Below are positions 1 to 8,940 of a DNA stretch of 64,000 nt, piece after piece. A program made the position numbers and the translations under genes. Source of the stretch: Candidatus Latescibacterota bacterium (lineage in GTDB: Bacteria; Latescibacterota; UBA2968; UBA8231); assembly GCA_965221775.1 (NCBI GenBank), contig CBDCSU010000005.1, forward strand, positions 928,001 to 992,000. Reading direction: 5' to 3'. The notes beneath the pieces were generated by a model. That model was not told the DNA's origin and did no database searches. It saw only the letters and a list, made by a program, of their open reading frames with translations. Positions within the stretch are counted from its first letter, which is position 1, and each line of letters opens with the position of its first letter.

Positions 1-176
1 ACATCGTCGTCGCCCTCCTCGACGACGAGGCCACCGTCAAGCGCTTCGATCCGGTGGCGGGGGCCGTCCGGCTGCTCCCGGAAAACCCCGCCTACGCACC
101 TATCGTCCTCTCCGGAGATGAGGGGACCCAGCTGCGCATCGCCGGCAAGGTGGTGGGCCTCATGAGAAGGATGTGA
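1..176 (+). CDS. lexA: LexA repressor, C-terminal S24 peptidase domain (5'-truncated by window edge)
   Basis: Frame 3 reads IVVALLDDEATVKRFD...RLLPENPAYAPIV...IAGKVVGLMRRM then TGA at 174-176. EATVKR carries the catalytic Lys of LexA. Not in the ORF track. Confidence 0.85.
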   Translation, partial: IVVALLDDEATVKRFDPVAGAVRLLPENPAYAPIVLSGDEGTQLRIAGKVVGLMRRM

Positions 177-183
177 CCCATTC

Positions 184-1527
184 ATGAGGCGGCCGCAGGA
201 GGTCGCCGCCCGCCACCGCGAGGACGCCCTCGCCATTCTTCGCGCCGCCATCGCCGCCGTCGAGCCGGGGGAGTTGGTCGGCCGCGCCCTCTCCCTGCAC
301 GGAACGGATCTGGTCGCCGGCGACCACCGGCTGCCCCTTGCCCGCGATTCCCGGATCGTCGTCGTGGGGGCGGGCAAGGCCACACCGGCCATGGCAGCCG
401 CCGCCGAGGCTGTCCTCGGGCCCCGCCTCACGGCCGGCTCCATCAACACCAAGTACGGTCACCGCCTGAGTCTGGCGACCATCCACACGGTGGAGTGCGG
501 CCACCCCCTGCCCGACGACGCCGGGGTGGAGGGGACGCGGCGCATGCTTCGGCTCGTCGACGGCCTCGGCCCCGACGATGTGGTCCTGTGCCTGTTCTCC
601 GGCGGGGGATCGGCGCTGATGCCGGCGCCCGCCGACGGCATCTCCCTCAAGGAGAAGGTCGCCGCCACCGACGCCCTGCTGCGCTGTGGGGCCACCATCG
701 ACGAGCTCAACGCCGTCAGAAAGCACCTGTCGGAGGTCAAGGGCGGACAGCTGGCCCGGAGGGCGGCGCCGGCGAGGGTGGTCTCCCTGATGGTCTCCGA
801 CGTCATCGGCGACCCGGTGCACACCATCGCCTCGGGACCGACCTGCGCCGATCCCACCACCTTCGAGGACTGCCTGCGCCTCGTCGACCGCTACCGGCTG
901 CGGGAAGCTCTGCCGGCGTCCGTGGTCGCGCGCTTCGAGGGGGGCGCCGGCGGACACCTCCCCGAGACGCCGGGCGCCGAGGATCCGTCGGTGCAGGCGG
1001 CCCTCAATCTGGTGATCGGCAACAACTCGCTGGCCCTCGACGCGGCGCGGGAGGAGGCGGTCCACCGCGGCTACCGCGCCCTGGTGCTGTCGACGCGCAT
1101 CGCGGGTGAGACCCGCGAGGCGGCCGGGGTCCACGCCGCCATCGCCGCCGAGATCGCCCTCAGCGGGCAGCCCGTCCCCGCCCCCGCCTGCCTCATCAGC
1201 GGCGGCGAGACCACGGTCACCCTCCGGGGCGGCGGCAAGGGCGGGCGCAACCAGGAGTTCGCCCTCGCCGCCGCCCTCGGCCTGCAGGGAACCACCGGGA
1301 TCACGCTCATGAGCGCCGGCACCGACGGCACCGACGGGCCCACCGATGCCGCCGGGGCCATCGCCGACGGGACGACCGTGGCCCGCGCCGCCGCCGCCGG
1401 ACTGTCGGCGGGTGATCACCTCGAGCGCAACGACTCCTACCCCTTCTTCCAGGCTCTCGGAGACCTCATCGTCACCGGGCCCACCGGGACCAACGTGATG
1501 GACCTGAGACTGATGCTGATCGGCTGA
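184..1527 (+). CDS. Glycerate 2-kinase (MOFRL/TtuD family)
   Basis: VVGAGKA, GHPLPD, SGGGSAL, KHLSEVKGG, SDVIGD, GGETTV, GRNQE, GTDGTDG and TGTNVMD motifs. Confidence 0.9.
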   Translation: MRRPQEVAARHREDALAILRAAIAAVEPGELVGRALSLHGTDLVAGDHRLPLARDSRIVVVGAGKATPAMAAAAEAVLGPRLTAGSINTKYGHRLSLATIHTVECGHPLPDDAGVEGTRRMLRLVDGLGPDDVVLCLFSGGGSALMPAPADGISLKEKVAATDALLRCGATIDELNAVRKHLSEVKGGQLARRAAPARVVSLMVSDVIGDPVHTIASGPTCADPTTFEDCLRLVDRYRLREALPASVVARFEGGAGGHLPETPGAEDPSVQAALNLVIGNNSLALDAAREEAVHRGYRALVLSTRIAGETREAAGVHAAIAAEIALSGQPVPAPACLISGGETTVTLRGGGKGGRNQEFALAAALGLQGTTGITLMSAGTDGTDGPTDAAGAIADGTTVARAAAAGLSAGDHLERNDSYPFFQALGDLIVTGPTGTNVMDLRLMLIG

Positions 1528-1551
1528 GCAACCCTTCCGGCGCCTCGCGAG

Positions 1552-2532
1552 TTGAAGTCCCCGGGCCCCACCTCTAGACTTGAATACGTGACTCGACGGT
1601 TTTCCTGCACGGCGCTGCTCTCTTCCGCCCTCCTGTCCTGGCCCGCCGCCCCGGCTCACGGGGCCAGCGCCTACGCCGGCGAGTTCCTGGCTGTCGGCGC
1701 CGGGGCCCGGGGGCTCGCCCTCGGCAGCGCCTGCGTGGCCCTGGGAGACGCGGCCACCGCCGGATACTGGAACAGCGCCGGTCTCGCCGGCTCGCCCGAG
1801 CGCCAGGCCCACTTCACCCACGGCGAGCGCTTCAACGGACTCGTCCGGCAGGACTACGTGGCCTTCGTCACCCCCGGACCGTACTTCGACGGCCTCGGCA
1901 TCGGCCTGCTGCGCCTCGGCGTCGACGGCATCCACTTCACCGACCTGCCCGACCCTTCCGCGCCTCTGGGGCCCGACAACCGCCCCTTCGTCTCGTCCAC
2001 CGAGTCGGCCGCCGACTACGCCCTGTACCTCTCCGCGGGCCGGCGCCTGGGCGAGCGTCTCGACATCGGCGCCAGCGCCAAGCTCATCCATCGCTCGGTG
2101 GCCGACCTCACCGCCTACGGCGGCGGCCTCGACCTGGGGCTGCGCTACCGCCCGGCCCCCTCCCTGACCCTGGCCGCCAACATCCGCGACGTGACCACCA
2201 CCCCAATCCTCTGGGACGGCACCACCGACCGCATCCAGCCCTCCATCCTCCTGGGAGTTGCCTATGGACGCGCTCTCGCCGGGGGCACGGCTTCGGTGGC
2301 CATCGGCTCGCGCTCCGGGGGCGACGCCGAGGACGAGGCCGGCACCGCCCCGGTCCACGCCGGCATCGAGTACGACGCCGGGCGGCTGGCCTTGCGCGCC
2401 GGTCTGGAGGAACTGCGCCAGACCTTCGGAGTCGGTCTGCGGGTCAGTCGCCGGCTGCAGGTCGATCTCGCCTACCTGCAGCACGACGACCTCGAGGGCA
2501 CCTATCTGCTCTCCGCCGACGTCCGCTTCTGA
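1552..2532 (+). CDS. PorV/PorQ-family outer-membrane beta-barrel protein
   Basis: Signal-peptide-like N-terminus, GEFLAVGAGARGLALG...DAATAGYWNSAGL signature, C-terminal Phe. Start may be GTG 1588. Confidence 0.8.
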   Translation: MKSPGPTSRLEYVTRRFSCTALLSSALLSWPAAPAHGASAYAGEFLAVGAGARGLALGSACVALGDAATAGYWNSAGLAGSPERQAHFTHGERFNGLVRQDYVAFVTPGPYFDGLGIGLLRLGVDGIHFTDLPDPSAPLGPDNRPFVSSTESAADYALYLSAGRRLGERLDIGASAKLIHRSVADLTAYGGGLDLGLRYRPAPSLTLAANIRDVTTTPILWDGTTDRIQPSILLGVAYGRALAGGTASVAIGSRSGGDAEDEAGTAPVHAGIEYDAGRLALRAGLEELRQTFGVGLRVSRRLQVDLAYLQHDDLEGTYLLSADVRF

Positions 2533-3442
2533 TCGCGGCGGCGGCCCCGGTTCGGTCTCGCGTTTCGGGTACGTCGCCTTCGTCGGCCGTCCCAACGCCG
2601 GCAAGTCCACCCTCTTCAACGCCCTCCTCGGCCAGCGCCTGTCCATCGTCACGGCGCGGCCCCAGACGACGCGGGGCCGGATTCTCGGCATCCTCACCCG
2701 TCCCGCCAGTCAGGTCGTCCTCCTCGACACACCGGGCCTGCTCGAGGCCAGGTACCGCCTCCACGAGACGATGGAACGCCAGATCCAACGGGCCTGCGCC
2801 GACGCCGACGTGGTCGTCCTCCTCCTCGACGGGACCCGGCCCGACGACCGCGGCCGCCTCGTGGACGCCTTCCTCCGGCGCAACCGCAAGCCGGTGCTGC
2901 CCGTGCTCAACAAGGTGGACCGAGTCGAACCCGAAGGGCTGGAAGCGCTGCTGGCGCGCCTCTCCGGAGACCACGGACTCTCCGGCCTCCTGCCGATCTC
3001 CGCCCTCACCGGCACCAACGTCGCCTTCCTGCTCTCCCGTCTCGAGGAGCTGCTGCCGCCGGGGCCGGCGATGTACCCTGCGGACCGGATCGCCGAGCAG
3101 CCGGAGCGGTTCTTCGCCGCCGAGCTGATCCGCGAGGCCGCCTTCGAGCGGCTCGCCGACGAGCTGCCGTACTCGATCCAGGTGCAGGTGGAGGAGTTCC
3201 GCGAGCCCAATGCGGAAGGCGGACGCAAGACCTACCTTCTCGCCACCCTCTTCGTCGAACGCGAGAGCCAGAAGGGCATCGTCATCGGCCGCAAGGGAAC
3301 ACGGCTGCGCAGCATCGGAACGGGAGCGCGCGAGAGCATCGAGGACTTGGTCGATGGCCCGGTCTTCCTCGAGTTGCGGGTCAAGGTGCGCCCCGACTGG
3401 CGCCGGCGAGAGAAGGACCTGAAGGAGTTCGGCTACCTCTGA
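2504..3442 (+). CDS. era: GTPase Era (start codon uncertain)
   Basis: GRPNAGKST, QTTR, DTPG, NKVD, ISA, ELPYS and C-terminal KH domain (SQKGIVIGRKG). No in-frame ATG/GTG/TTG just upstream of G1; ATC 2504 is only a candidate start. Confidence 0.92.
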   Translation: MCSPPTSASDRGGGPGSVSRFGYVAFVGRPNAGKSTLFNALLGQRLSIVTARPQTTRGRILGILTRPASQVVLLDTPGLLEARYRLHETMERQIQRACADADVVVLLLDGTRPDDRGRLVDAFLRRNRKPVLPVLNKVDRVEPEGLEALLARLSGDHGLSGLLPISALTGTNVAFLLSRLEELLPPGPAMYPADRIAEQPERFFAAELIREAAFERLADELPYSIQVQVEEFREPNAEGGRKTYLLATLFVERESQKGIVIGRKGTRLRSIGTGARESIEDLVDGPVFLELRVKVRPDWRRREKDLKEFGYL

Positions 3443-3497
3443 TCGTCCTCCCCGGCGCTGCCGGCGCCGGGCCCCGCCCGGAAGGAGGTTCTTCTCG

Positions 3498-4862
3498 ATG
3501 AAGGTTCTGGTCGTCGGCAAGGGCGGGCGGGAACACGCCCTCGCCTGGAAGCTGGCCCGGTCCCCCGAGGTCCGGCGGCTCTGGGCGGCTCCCGGCTCTC
3601 CGGGGATGGCGCAGGTGGCCGAGTGCCTCCCCGGCTTCCGGGTCGACCTCGACCTGGCGGAGCGGCCCCGTCTCGAGGGTGAGATCGACCGCCTGGCGGC
3701 CTTCGCCGCCGAGGAGGGGATCGACCTCACCGTGGTCGGGCCCGACGCCGCCCTGGCGGCGGGTTTCGTCGACCGCTTCGCGGCGGCGGGCCTGCTGGCC
3801 TTCGGTCCCACCGAGGCGGCGGCCCGCATCGAGAGCAGCAAGAGCTTCTCGAAAGGCCTGATGGCTTCCATCGGCGTGCCCACCGCAGCCCACCGCAGCT
3901 TCACCGCCAGCGCCGACGCCATCGCCTGCATCCGGTCCCGGGGGGCGCCGATCGTGGTCAAGGCCTCCGGTCTGGCCGCCGGCAAGGGCGCCGTCGTCTG
4001 CGCCACCGAGGAGGAGGCGGTGGAAGCCGTGATCGACATCGTCGACCGGCGCCGGTTCGGAGATTCGGGGGACGAGGTCGTGGTGGAGGAGTTCATGGAA
4101 GGCGAGGAGGCGTCGTTGTTCGCCGTCTGTGACGGCGAGAGCTACGTCAACCTGGTGCCCGCCCAGGACCACAAGGCGATCGGTGAAGGAGACACGGGTC
4201 CCAACACGGGCGGCATGGGAGCGTACGCGCCGGCCCCCGTCCTCACCCCGCACATGGTCGACCGGGTCTCGCGCGAGATCATCGAGCCGGTGCTGGCCGA
4301 GATGCGGCGCCGCGGCACCCCGTACCGGGGCGCTCTCTACTGCGGGCTGATGATCACCGCCGAGGGGCCGAAGGTCGTCGAGTTCAACAGCCGCTTCGGC
4401 GACCCCGAGGCCCAGGTGGTGCTGCCCCTTCTGCGTTCGGACCTGGCCGTGCTGCTGGCTGCCGCCGCCCGGGGGGATCTGTCCGCGGCGGGACCGGTGG
4501 AGCTCGACGCCGACCGGGCGGCAGCCTGCGTGATCATGGCGTCGGCGGGCTACCCGGGCCAGTACGAGACCGGCAAGCCGATCTCCGGCCTGGAGGCCCT
4601 GGCCGGCTCCGAGGAGATCCTCCCCTTTCACGCGGGCACGGCGGTGGAGGACGGGGCCCTGCTGACGGCGGGGGGACGGGTCCTCGCCATCACGGCCCTC
4701 GCCGACGACCTGCCCGCCGCCGTGGCCTCGGCCTACCGGTCGGTGGGCGAGGTCTCCTTCGAGGGCGCGTACTACCGGCGCGACATCGGCCACCGCGCCC
4801 TCCGCCGCTTGGCCGCCGGGCAAGGACCGGCCATGGCCAAGGCGGATCCCGCCGGTCCCTGA
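3498..4862 (+). CDS. purD: Phosphoribosylamine-glycine ligase
   Basis: GKGGREHAL, ESSK, KASGLAAGKG, QDHK, GPNTGGMGAY, EFNSRFGDPE; GGAGG RBS. Confidence 0.97.
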   Translation: MKVLVVGKGGREHALAWKLARSPEVRRLWAAPGSPGMAQVAECLPGFRVDLDLAERPRLEGEIDRLAAFAAEEGIDLTVVGPDAALAAGFVDRFAAAGLLAFGPTEAAARIESSKSFSKGLMASIGVPTAAHRSFTASADAIACIRSRGAPIVVKASGLAAGKGAVVCATEEEAVEAVIDIVDRRRFGDSGDEVVVEEFMEGEEASLFAVCDGESYVNLVPAQDHKAIGEGDTGPNTGGMGAYAPAPVLTPHMVDRVSREIIEPVLAEMRRRGTPYRGALYCGLMITAEGPKVVEFNSRFGDPEAQVVLPLLRSDLAVLLAAAARGDLSAAGPVELDADRAAACVIMASAGYPGQYETGKPISGLEALAGSEEILPFHAGTAVEDGALLTAGGRVLAITALADDLPAAVASAYRSVGEVSFEGAYYRRDIGHRALRRLAAGQGPAMAKADPAGP

Positions 4863-4864
4863 CG

Positions 4865-5236
4865 ATGTCCGACCTGCTCCGCCTCACCAACATGACCTTC
4901 CACGCCTGCCACGGCCTGCTGCCCGAGGAGGCGCGGCTGACGCAGCGCTTCGAGGTGGACGTGGAGCTGCGGCTCGATCTGCGCGCCGCCGGAGAGCGGG
5001 ACGACCCTTCCCTCACCGTCGACTACACCGCCGTCTACGACGTGGTGGCGCAGGTCGTGAAGGGAGGGAGGCGGTACGGCCTCGTGGAAGCCCTCGCCGA
5101 AGCCGTGGCCGCGGCCCTGGGAGAACGCTTCGGCGCCCTGGCCTCGGCCCGGGTCCGGGTGCGCAAGCCGAATCCCCCCATTGACGGCCACTTCGACGGC
5201 CTCGAGGTCGAGATCGAACGCCACTTTGTCGGCTGA
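4865..5236 (+). CDS. folB: Dihydroneopterin aldolase
   Basis: FHACHG..PEE...QRFEVD, TVDY, LVEALAE, VRKPNPP; adjacent to folK. Confidence 0.93.
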   Translation: MSDLLRLTNMTFHACHGLLPEEARLTQRFEVDVELRLDLRAAGERDDPSLTVDYTAVYDVVAQVVKGGRRYGLVEALAEAVAAALGERFGALASARVRVRKPNPPIDGHFDGLEVEIERHFVG

Positions 5237-5753
5237 GCGCTGCTACATCGGCCTCGGCTCGAACATGGGGGACCGCCGCCGCACCCTCGAGTCGGCCCTG
5301 GCCGACCTGCATCACCAGCCGGCGATCGAGATCGCCGCCGTCTCCAGCGCCTGGGAGACCTCCCCCGTGGGGCCGGTGGCGCAGGCCGACTACCTCAACG
5401 CCGCCGCGGAGTTGCGGACGACCCTGGAGCCGCGCCGCCTCCTGGAGGTGCTGCAGTCGACCGAAGTCTCCCACGGACGCCGGCGGCGGCAGCGCTGGGG
5501 GCCGCGGACGCTGGACCTGGATCTGCTGCTGGCCGGTGACCGCCGCCTCCAAGAGCCGGGACTGACGGTCCCGCACCCGCGCCTGAGTCAGCGCCGCTTC
5601 GTCCTCGAGCCGCTCCTGGAGATCGCCCCCGACCTGGTCCACCCGGTCAGCGGGGAGCGGCTGGCCGGGGTCCTGGCCGATCTGGCCACGGGAGAGCGGG
5701 TGCGGCGGTCAGGTCCGCTGAGGATCGAGGTAGCCGGGGTGAGCCAGCCCTAG
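5226..5753 (+). CDS. folK: 2-amino-4-hydroxy-6-hydroxymethyldihydropteridine diphosphokinase
   Basis: YIGLGSNMGD, YLNAA, RWGPRTLDLDLL, PHPRL..RRFVLEPL. TTG start at 5226 overlaps the folB end. Confidence 0.95.
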   Translation: MSAERCYIGLGSNMGDRRRTLESALADLHHQPAIEIAAVSSAWETSPVGPVAQADYLNAAAELRTTLEPRRLLEVLQSTEVSHGRRRRQRWGPRTLDLDLLLAGDRRLQEPGLTVPHPRLSQRRFVLEPLLEIAPDLVHPVSGERLAGVLADLATGERVRRSGPLRIEVAGVSQP

Positions 5754-7384
5754 CGGATCAGCGCCAGACGGCCGGCGCTGGTGGATCCGCCGGTCCGCAG
5801 ACGGACCAGATAGGTGCCCGAGGCCACCCGGCGCCCGGCGTCGTCGCGGCCGTCCCAGACCGCCTCGTGCCGGCCGACGGGCCGTGGTCCGGTCACGAGA
5901 GCGCGCAGCCGCTGCCCGCCGAGAGAGAGAACGCTCAACTCCACCGGTCCCGGCCCGGCCAGCGAGTACGGTATGCGCACCTCGGCGTTGAAGGGGTTCG
6001 GGTAGGCCTCCCCCAGCGTGGACGATGCGGGACCCGCCCCCGGCAGTCCCGCCGCGGCCAGGTTCGTGGAGATCTCGGCGGACAGCTCGAAGCCCCCGCC
6101 CCGGGGCGAGGTGCCCCCGACGATCAGCACCAGGCTGTCGATGCCCGCCGCCTGCGCCTGCCCGCGGTTGCCGGTGAGGCTCACCTCCTCGAGCCGGGAG
6201 GCCCCCGGAGACATGGCGTAGGTCCAGGCGAGAAAGCCGGCCCCCTCTTCTCCCTCGAAATCGATGGCGAGATCTCCGGGCGTGCGGAAGAGGACGTTCA
6301 CCGTGCCCCAGGCATCGGTCAGGGCGAAGGGCAGCCGCTGTTGGGGCAGGGCGTCGTAGTCGAAGGTCCGCACCCTTCGCCCCCCGAGGGCTCCGTAGGC
6401 GAGTCGCGGGTCGTCCGAGGCGTAGTTGGCGGCGACCCACCCGGACCAGGCGTCGACGAAGCGGTCGCCGGAACCGATCCCCTCCAGGGCCCCGTCCACG
6501 CCGGCGATTCCGTTGGCGGGCTCGGAGACCAGGGCGCGGATCAGGTCGGGGCCATGCCTCTCCGCCAGGTAAGCGGCGAAGAGGTAGGTGGCGCCGTAGT
6601 TGCGCGGCGCCCCCTTCCAGGTGGTGAGGGAGGTCTCGGGCCGGTCGAGGAAGGCGGGCACGGCGGCCGGGTCCGCCTCGGGAAAGCCGGCCACCGCCTC
6701 GGCGTAACCGGAGAGGCCCTCGTTCACCCAGTTTTCCTCGTTGCGGTCCGAGCCCCAGTGGAGGAGGTGCTGCAGCTCGTGGGCGAGGGTGCCGCGCGCC
6801 AGGTAGGCCTGGCGGCGCAGGTGGTACTGGCTCAGGTAGAGCAGGTCCCGGCGATACTCGGGCAGGTCGTGAACGGAGACGGCCGGGTCGAAGAAGCCCA
6901 CCAGGTGCGGATCGGCCAGGTCGAGAACGAGGAGGAAGATCTGCTCGTAGCCGTCGACGTCCTCCGCCTCTCCGAAGGCCTCCACCACCAGGTCGTAAAT
7001 GCCGCGGTCCGGGTCGGCGGGGGTGCTGGCCTCGAACAGCGTTGCGAGCTTGTCCACGTCGCTCTGCAGGACCGGCCCCCCCTCGGTGTCCCACTGCGCG
7101 TTCTCGACGAAGACGAAGCAGCGGGTGCCCGCGTAGCGGCAGGTGGCGCGCACCGGGGTCACCGATCCGTAGACCGGGAAGAGCTGCTCCGTGCCCACGG
7201 CGACGGGCGGCGGCTCGGCCTGGCGGGGGGCCGCCGGACGGGCGGCCGGCAGGGGGGGCAAGGCTCCGGACGCCCGCTGCTCGGCGAGCCAGCGGGTGCC
7301 GCACAGGACCGGTTCCGCCGCCTGCGCCAGGGCCGGCGGCAGGACGGCCAGGGCGAGCACGGTCCACCGGCCAGCCGCGGCCAC
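5750..7384 (-). CDS. Secreted zinc metallopeptidase (gluzincin) with C-terminal T9SS-CTD/FlgD-Ig-like domain
   Basis: Signal peptide; TLAHELQH...WVNEGLS; C-terminal AYPNPFN...WDGRDDAGRRVASGTYLVRL. Confidence 0.8.
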   Translation of the reverse strand: MAAAGRWTVLALAVLPPALAQAAEPVLCGTRWLAEQRASGALPPLPAARPAAPRQAEPPPVAVGTEQLFPVYGSVTPVRATCRYAGTRCFVFVENAQWDTEGGPVLQSDVDKLATLFEASTPADPDRGIYDLVVEAFGEAEDVDGYEQIFLLVLDLADPHLVGFFDPAVSVHDLPEYRRDLLYLSQYHLRRQAYLARGTLAHELQHLLHWGSDRNEENWVNEGLSGYAEAVAGFPEADPAAVPAFLDRPETSLTTWKGAPRNYGATYLFAAYLAERHGPDLIRALVSEPANGIAGVDGALEGIGSGDRFVDAWSGWVAANYASDDPRLAYGALGGRRVRTFDYDALPQQRLPFALTDAWGTVNVLFRTPGDLAIDFEGEEGAGFLAWTYAMSPGASRLEEVSLTGNRGQAQAAGIDSLVLIVGGTSPRGGGFELSAEISTNLAAAGLPGAGPASSTLGEAYPNPFNAEVRIPYSLAGPGPVELSVLSLGGQRLRALVTGPRPVGRHEAVWDGRDDAGRRVASGTYLVRLRTGGSTSAGRLALIR

Positions 7385-7387
7385 GCC

Positions 7388-8017
7388 TCAGAACCTCCGG
7401 CGCAGGCCGACGCCGGCCCCGTCCGGGCGCAACCTCCAGTCGAGGGAGAGGGCGGCGGCCTCACCGGCCCGCGGGCCCATGGCCCGGCCGGCGTGCACCG
7501 CCGAGACCAGGTGGTTGACGACGACGAGACCTGTGAGGTAGAGGGCGTTCCGCTTCATGCCGGTGGCGCCGTTGCGCAGCTCGCGGTAGCGCAGGCGGGA
7601 GGCCTCGGCATCCCACTCCCAGGCGAACTCCGGCGTGCCCGGATAGAGCTCGGCCTCGGGGCCGTCCTCGACCTCGGCGAAGAGGTTGTGCTGGTTGTGG
7701 CTGTCGTAGAAGCCGAGGTCGTCGAAGTACTCCCCGGCCTTGCCGCCGGTCCGGGCGCCGGCGTGGACGGCGGCGTAGGTGCGGAAGTTGTCCTCGCGGA
7801 TGTCGGCCACCGCCCGCAGTCCGAAGTACCCGAGCCACAGGGCGGCTTCCGTGGACAGGAATCGCCGCGCCGCGTGCCCGTCGCCGGCGGCGTGCTGCCC
7901 CCAACCCGGGATGAGCAGGGAGCGCCAGAACCCCCCCGCCCCGGAGTCGGCGCCGGCGGGCGCGGCCAGCAGGAGGGCGGCCAGCGCCAGGAGGCTCGGG
8001 CGCAGGGGAGGCGCCAT
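7388..8017 (-). CDS. DUF5683-like exported/membrane protein
   Basis: Signal peptide, RSLLIPGWGQ motif, C-terminal VVNHLVSAVHA; paralogous to the neighbouring gene. Confidence 0.6.
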   Translation of the reverse strand: MAPPLRPSLLALAALLLAAPAGADSGAGGFWRSLLIPGWGQHAAGDGHAARRFLSTEAALWLGYFGLRAVADIREDNFRTYAAVHAGARTGGKAGEYFDDLGFYDSHNQHNLFAEVEDGPEAELYPGTPEFAWEWDAEASRLRYRELRNGATGMKRNALYLTGLVVVNHLVSAVHAGRAMGPRAGEAAALSLDWRLRPDGAGVGLRRRF

Positions 8018-8940
8018 CAGAAGAACGGGCGCCAGGCCGTCAGCCGGGCGGTGCGGTCGCCGTCCAGGGTGGCGTGGAAGCGGATGCGCCGGGCGATGGC
8101 GGCCTCCTCCTGGCCCTGGTTGCGGGCCCGGGCCACGCGCGCCGCGTCGATGGCGCTGAGGACGTGGTTCACCAGCAGCAGGCCGGCGACGTTGCCGGCG
8201 CGCTTCAGGTACTTGTTGCTGTCGTCGCGCTGATCCTCGTACTCCAGCCGGGTGGCGGAGTGGAAGTTCTCCGCCGAGTCGACCTCCGTGTAGTGGACCT
8301 GGTTGCCGGCGCGGTCGGTGATGTCCCCCCAGCCGGTGATGAACTGGTCGTACTTCCCGATCAACTCGTAGTACTGCTGGGTCTCGGTGGTGCTGCAGTC
8401 ATTCAGCACGTCGGCCACGGGGGTGGTGGACGACGCCTGCACGAAGAGGGAGTCGCAGGGCAGGGTGTGGGTCCTGGAGGAGTGGCGCGCCTGCCGCGAG
8501 TCGCGCCAGGCGAGGTAGTTCCACGGGTTCCAGGTGGTGTCGGCCCGCGCCCGGAACTCGGACTCCAGGTCGTCCCCCCTGGCGCTCCAGCTCATGTAGG
8601 TCCCCCAGCCGAGGACCTCCAGGCCGAAGAACAGGGCCGCCCTCATCTTCGAACCGGCCCAGAACTCGCCGGCCCCCGGCACCAGCGCGGAGTAGAGGAA
8701 GGCCCTCTTCGGCGAGCGCACCGCCTTGCGCGGAGCGGCTTCGGAGGCATCCTCCTCCCCCTCGGCGCCGGCCGCCTGGGCCACGCGCAGGAGCACCGGG
8801 TCGGGGCGGTCGGGCAGGGCCACCGGCGGCAGCAGAGACGGAAGGACCTCCACGGACCTCGATGGGGCGGGGTCGGGCGGTTCCGCCCAGGCGGCGGAGC
8901 CGGCGAGGACCGCGGCGAGCAGCAGGGGTAGTGTGTTCAT
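8017..8940 (-). CDS. DUF5683-like exported/membrane protein
   Basis: Signal peptide, SPKRAFLYSALVPGAGE, QQYYELIGKYDQF, VNHVLSAIDA. Confidence 0.65.
   Translation of the reverse strand: MNTLPLLLAAVLAGSAAWAEPPDPAPSRSVEVLPSLLPPVALPDRPDPVLLRVAQAAGAEGEEDASEAAPRKAVRSPKRAFLYSALVPGAGEFWAGSKMRAALFFGLEVLGWGTYMSWSARGDDLESEFRARADTTWNPWNYLAWRDSRQARHSSRTHTLPCDSLFVQASSTTPVADVLNDCSTTETQQYYELIGKYDQFITGWGDITDRAGNQVHYTEVDSAENFHSATRLEYEDQRDDSNKYLKRAGNVAGLLLVNHVLSAIDAARVARARNQGQEEAAIARRIRFHATLDGDRTARLTAWRPFF

Noticed and set aside
160-2697. 845-aa minus-strand ORF and many other long antisense or alternate-frame ORFs (for example 9348-12140, 12242-15181, 16481-19279, 40017-42917)
   Set aside because: Shadow ORFs of high-GC coding sequence; they overlap genes with clear family motifs and have none of their own.
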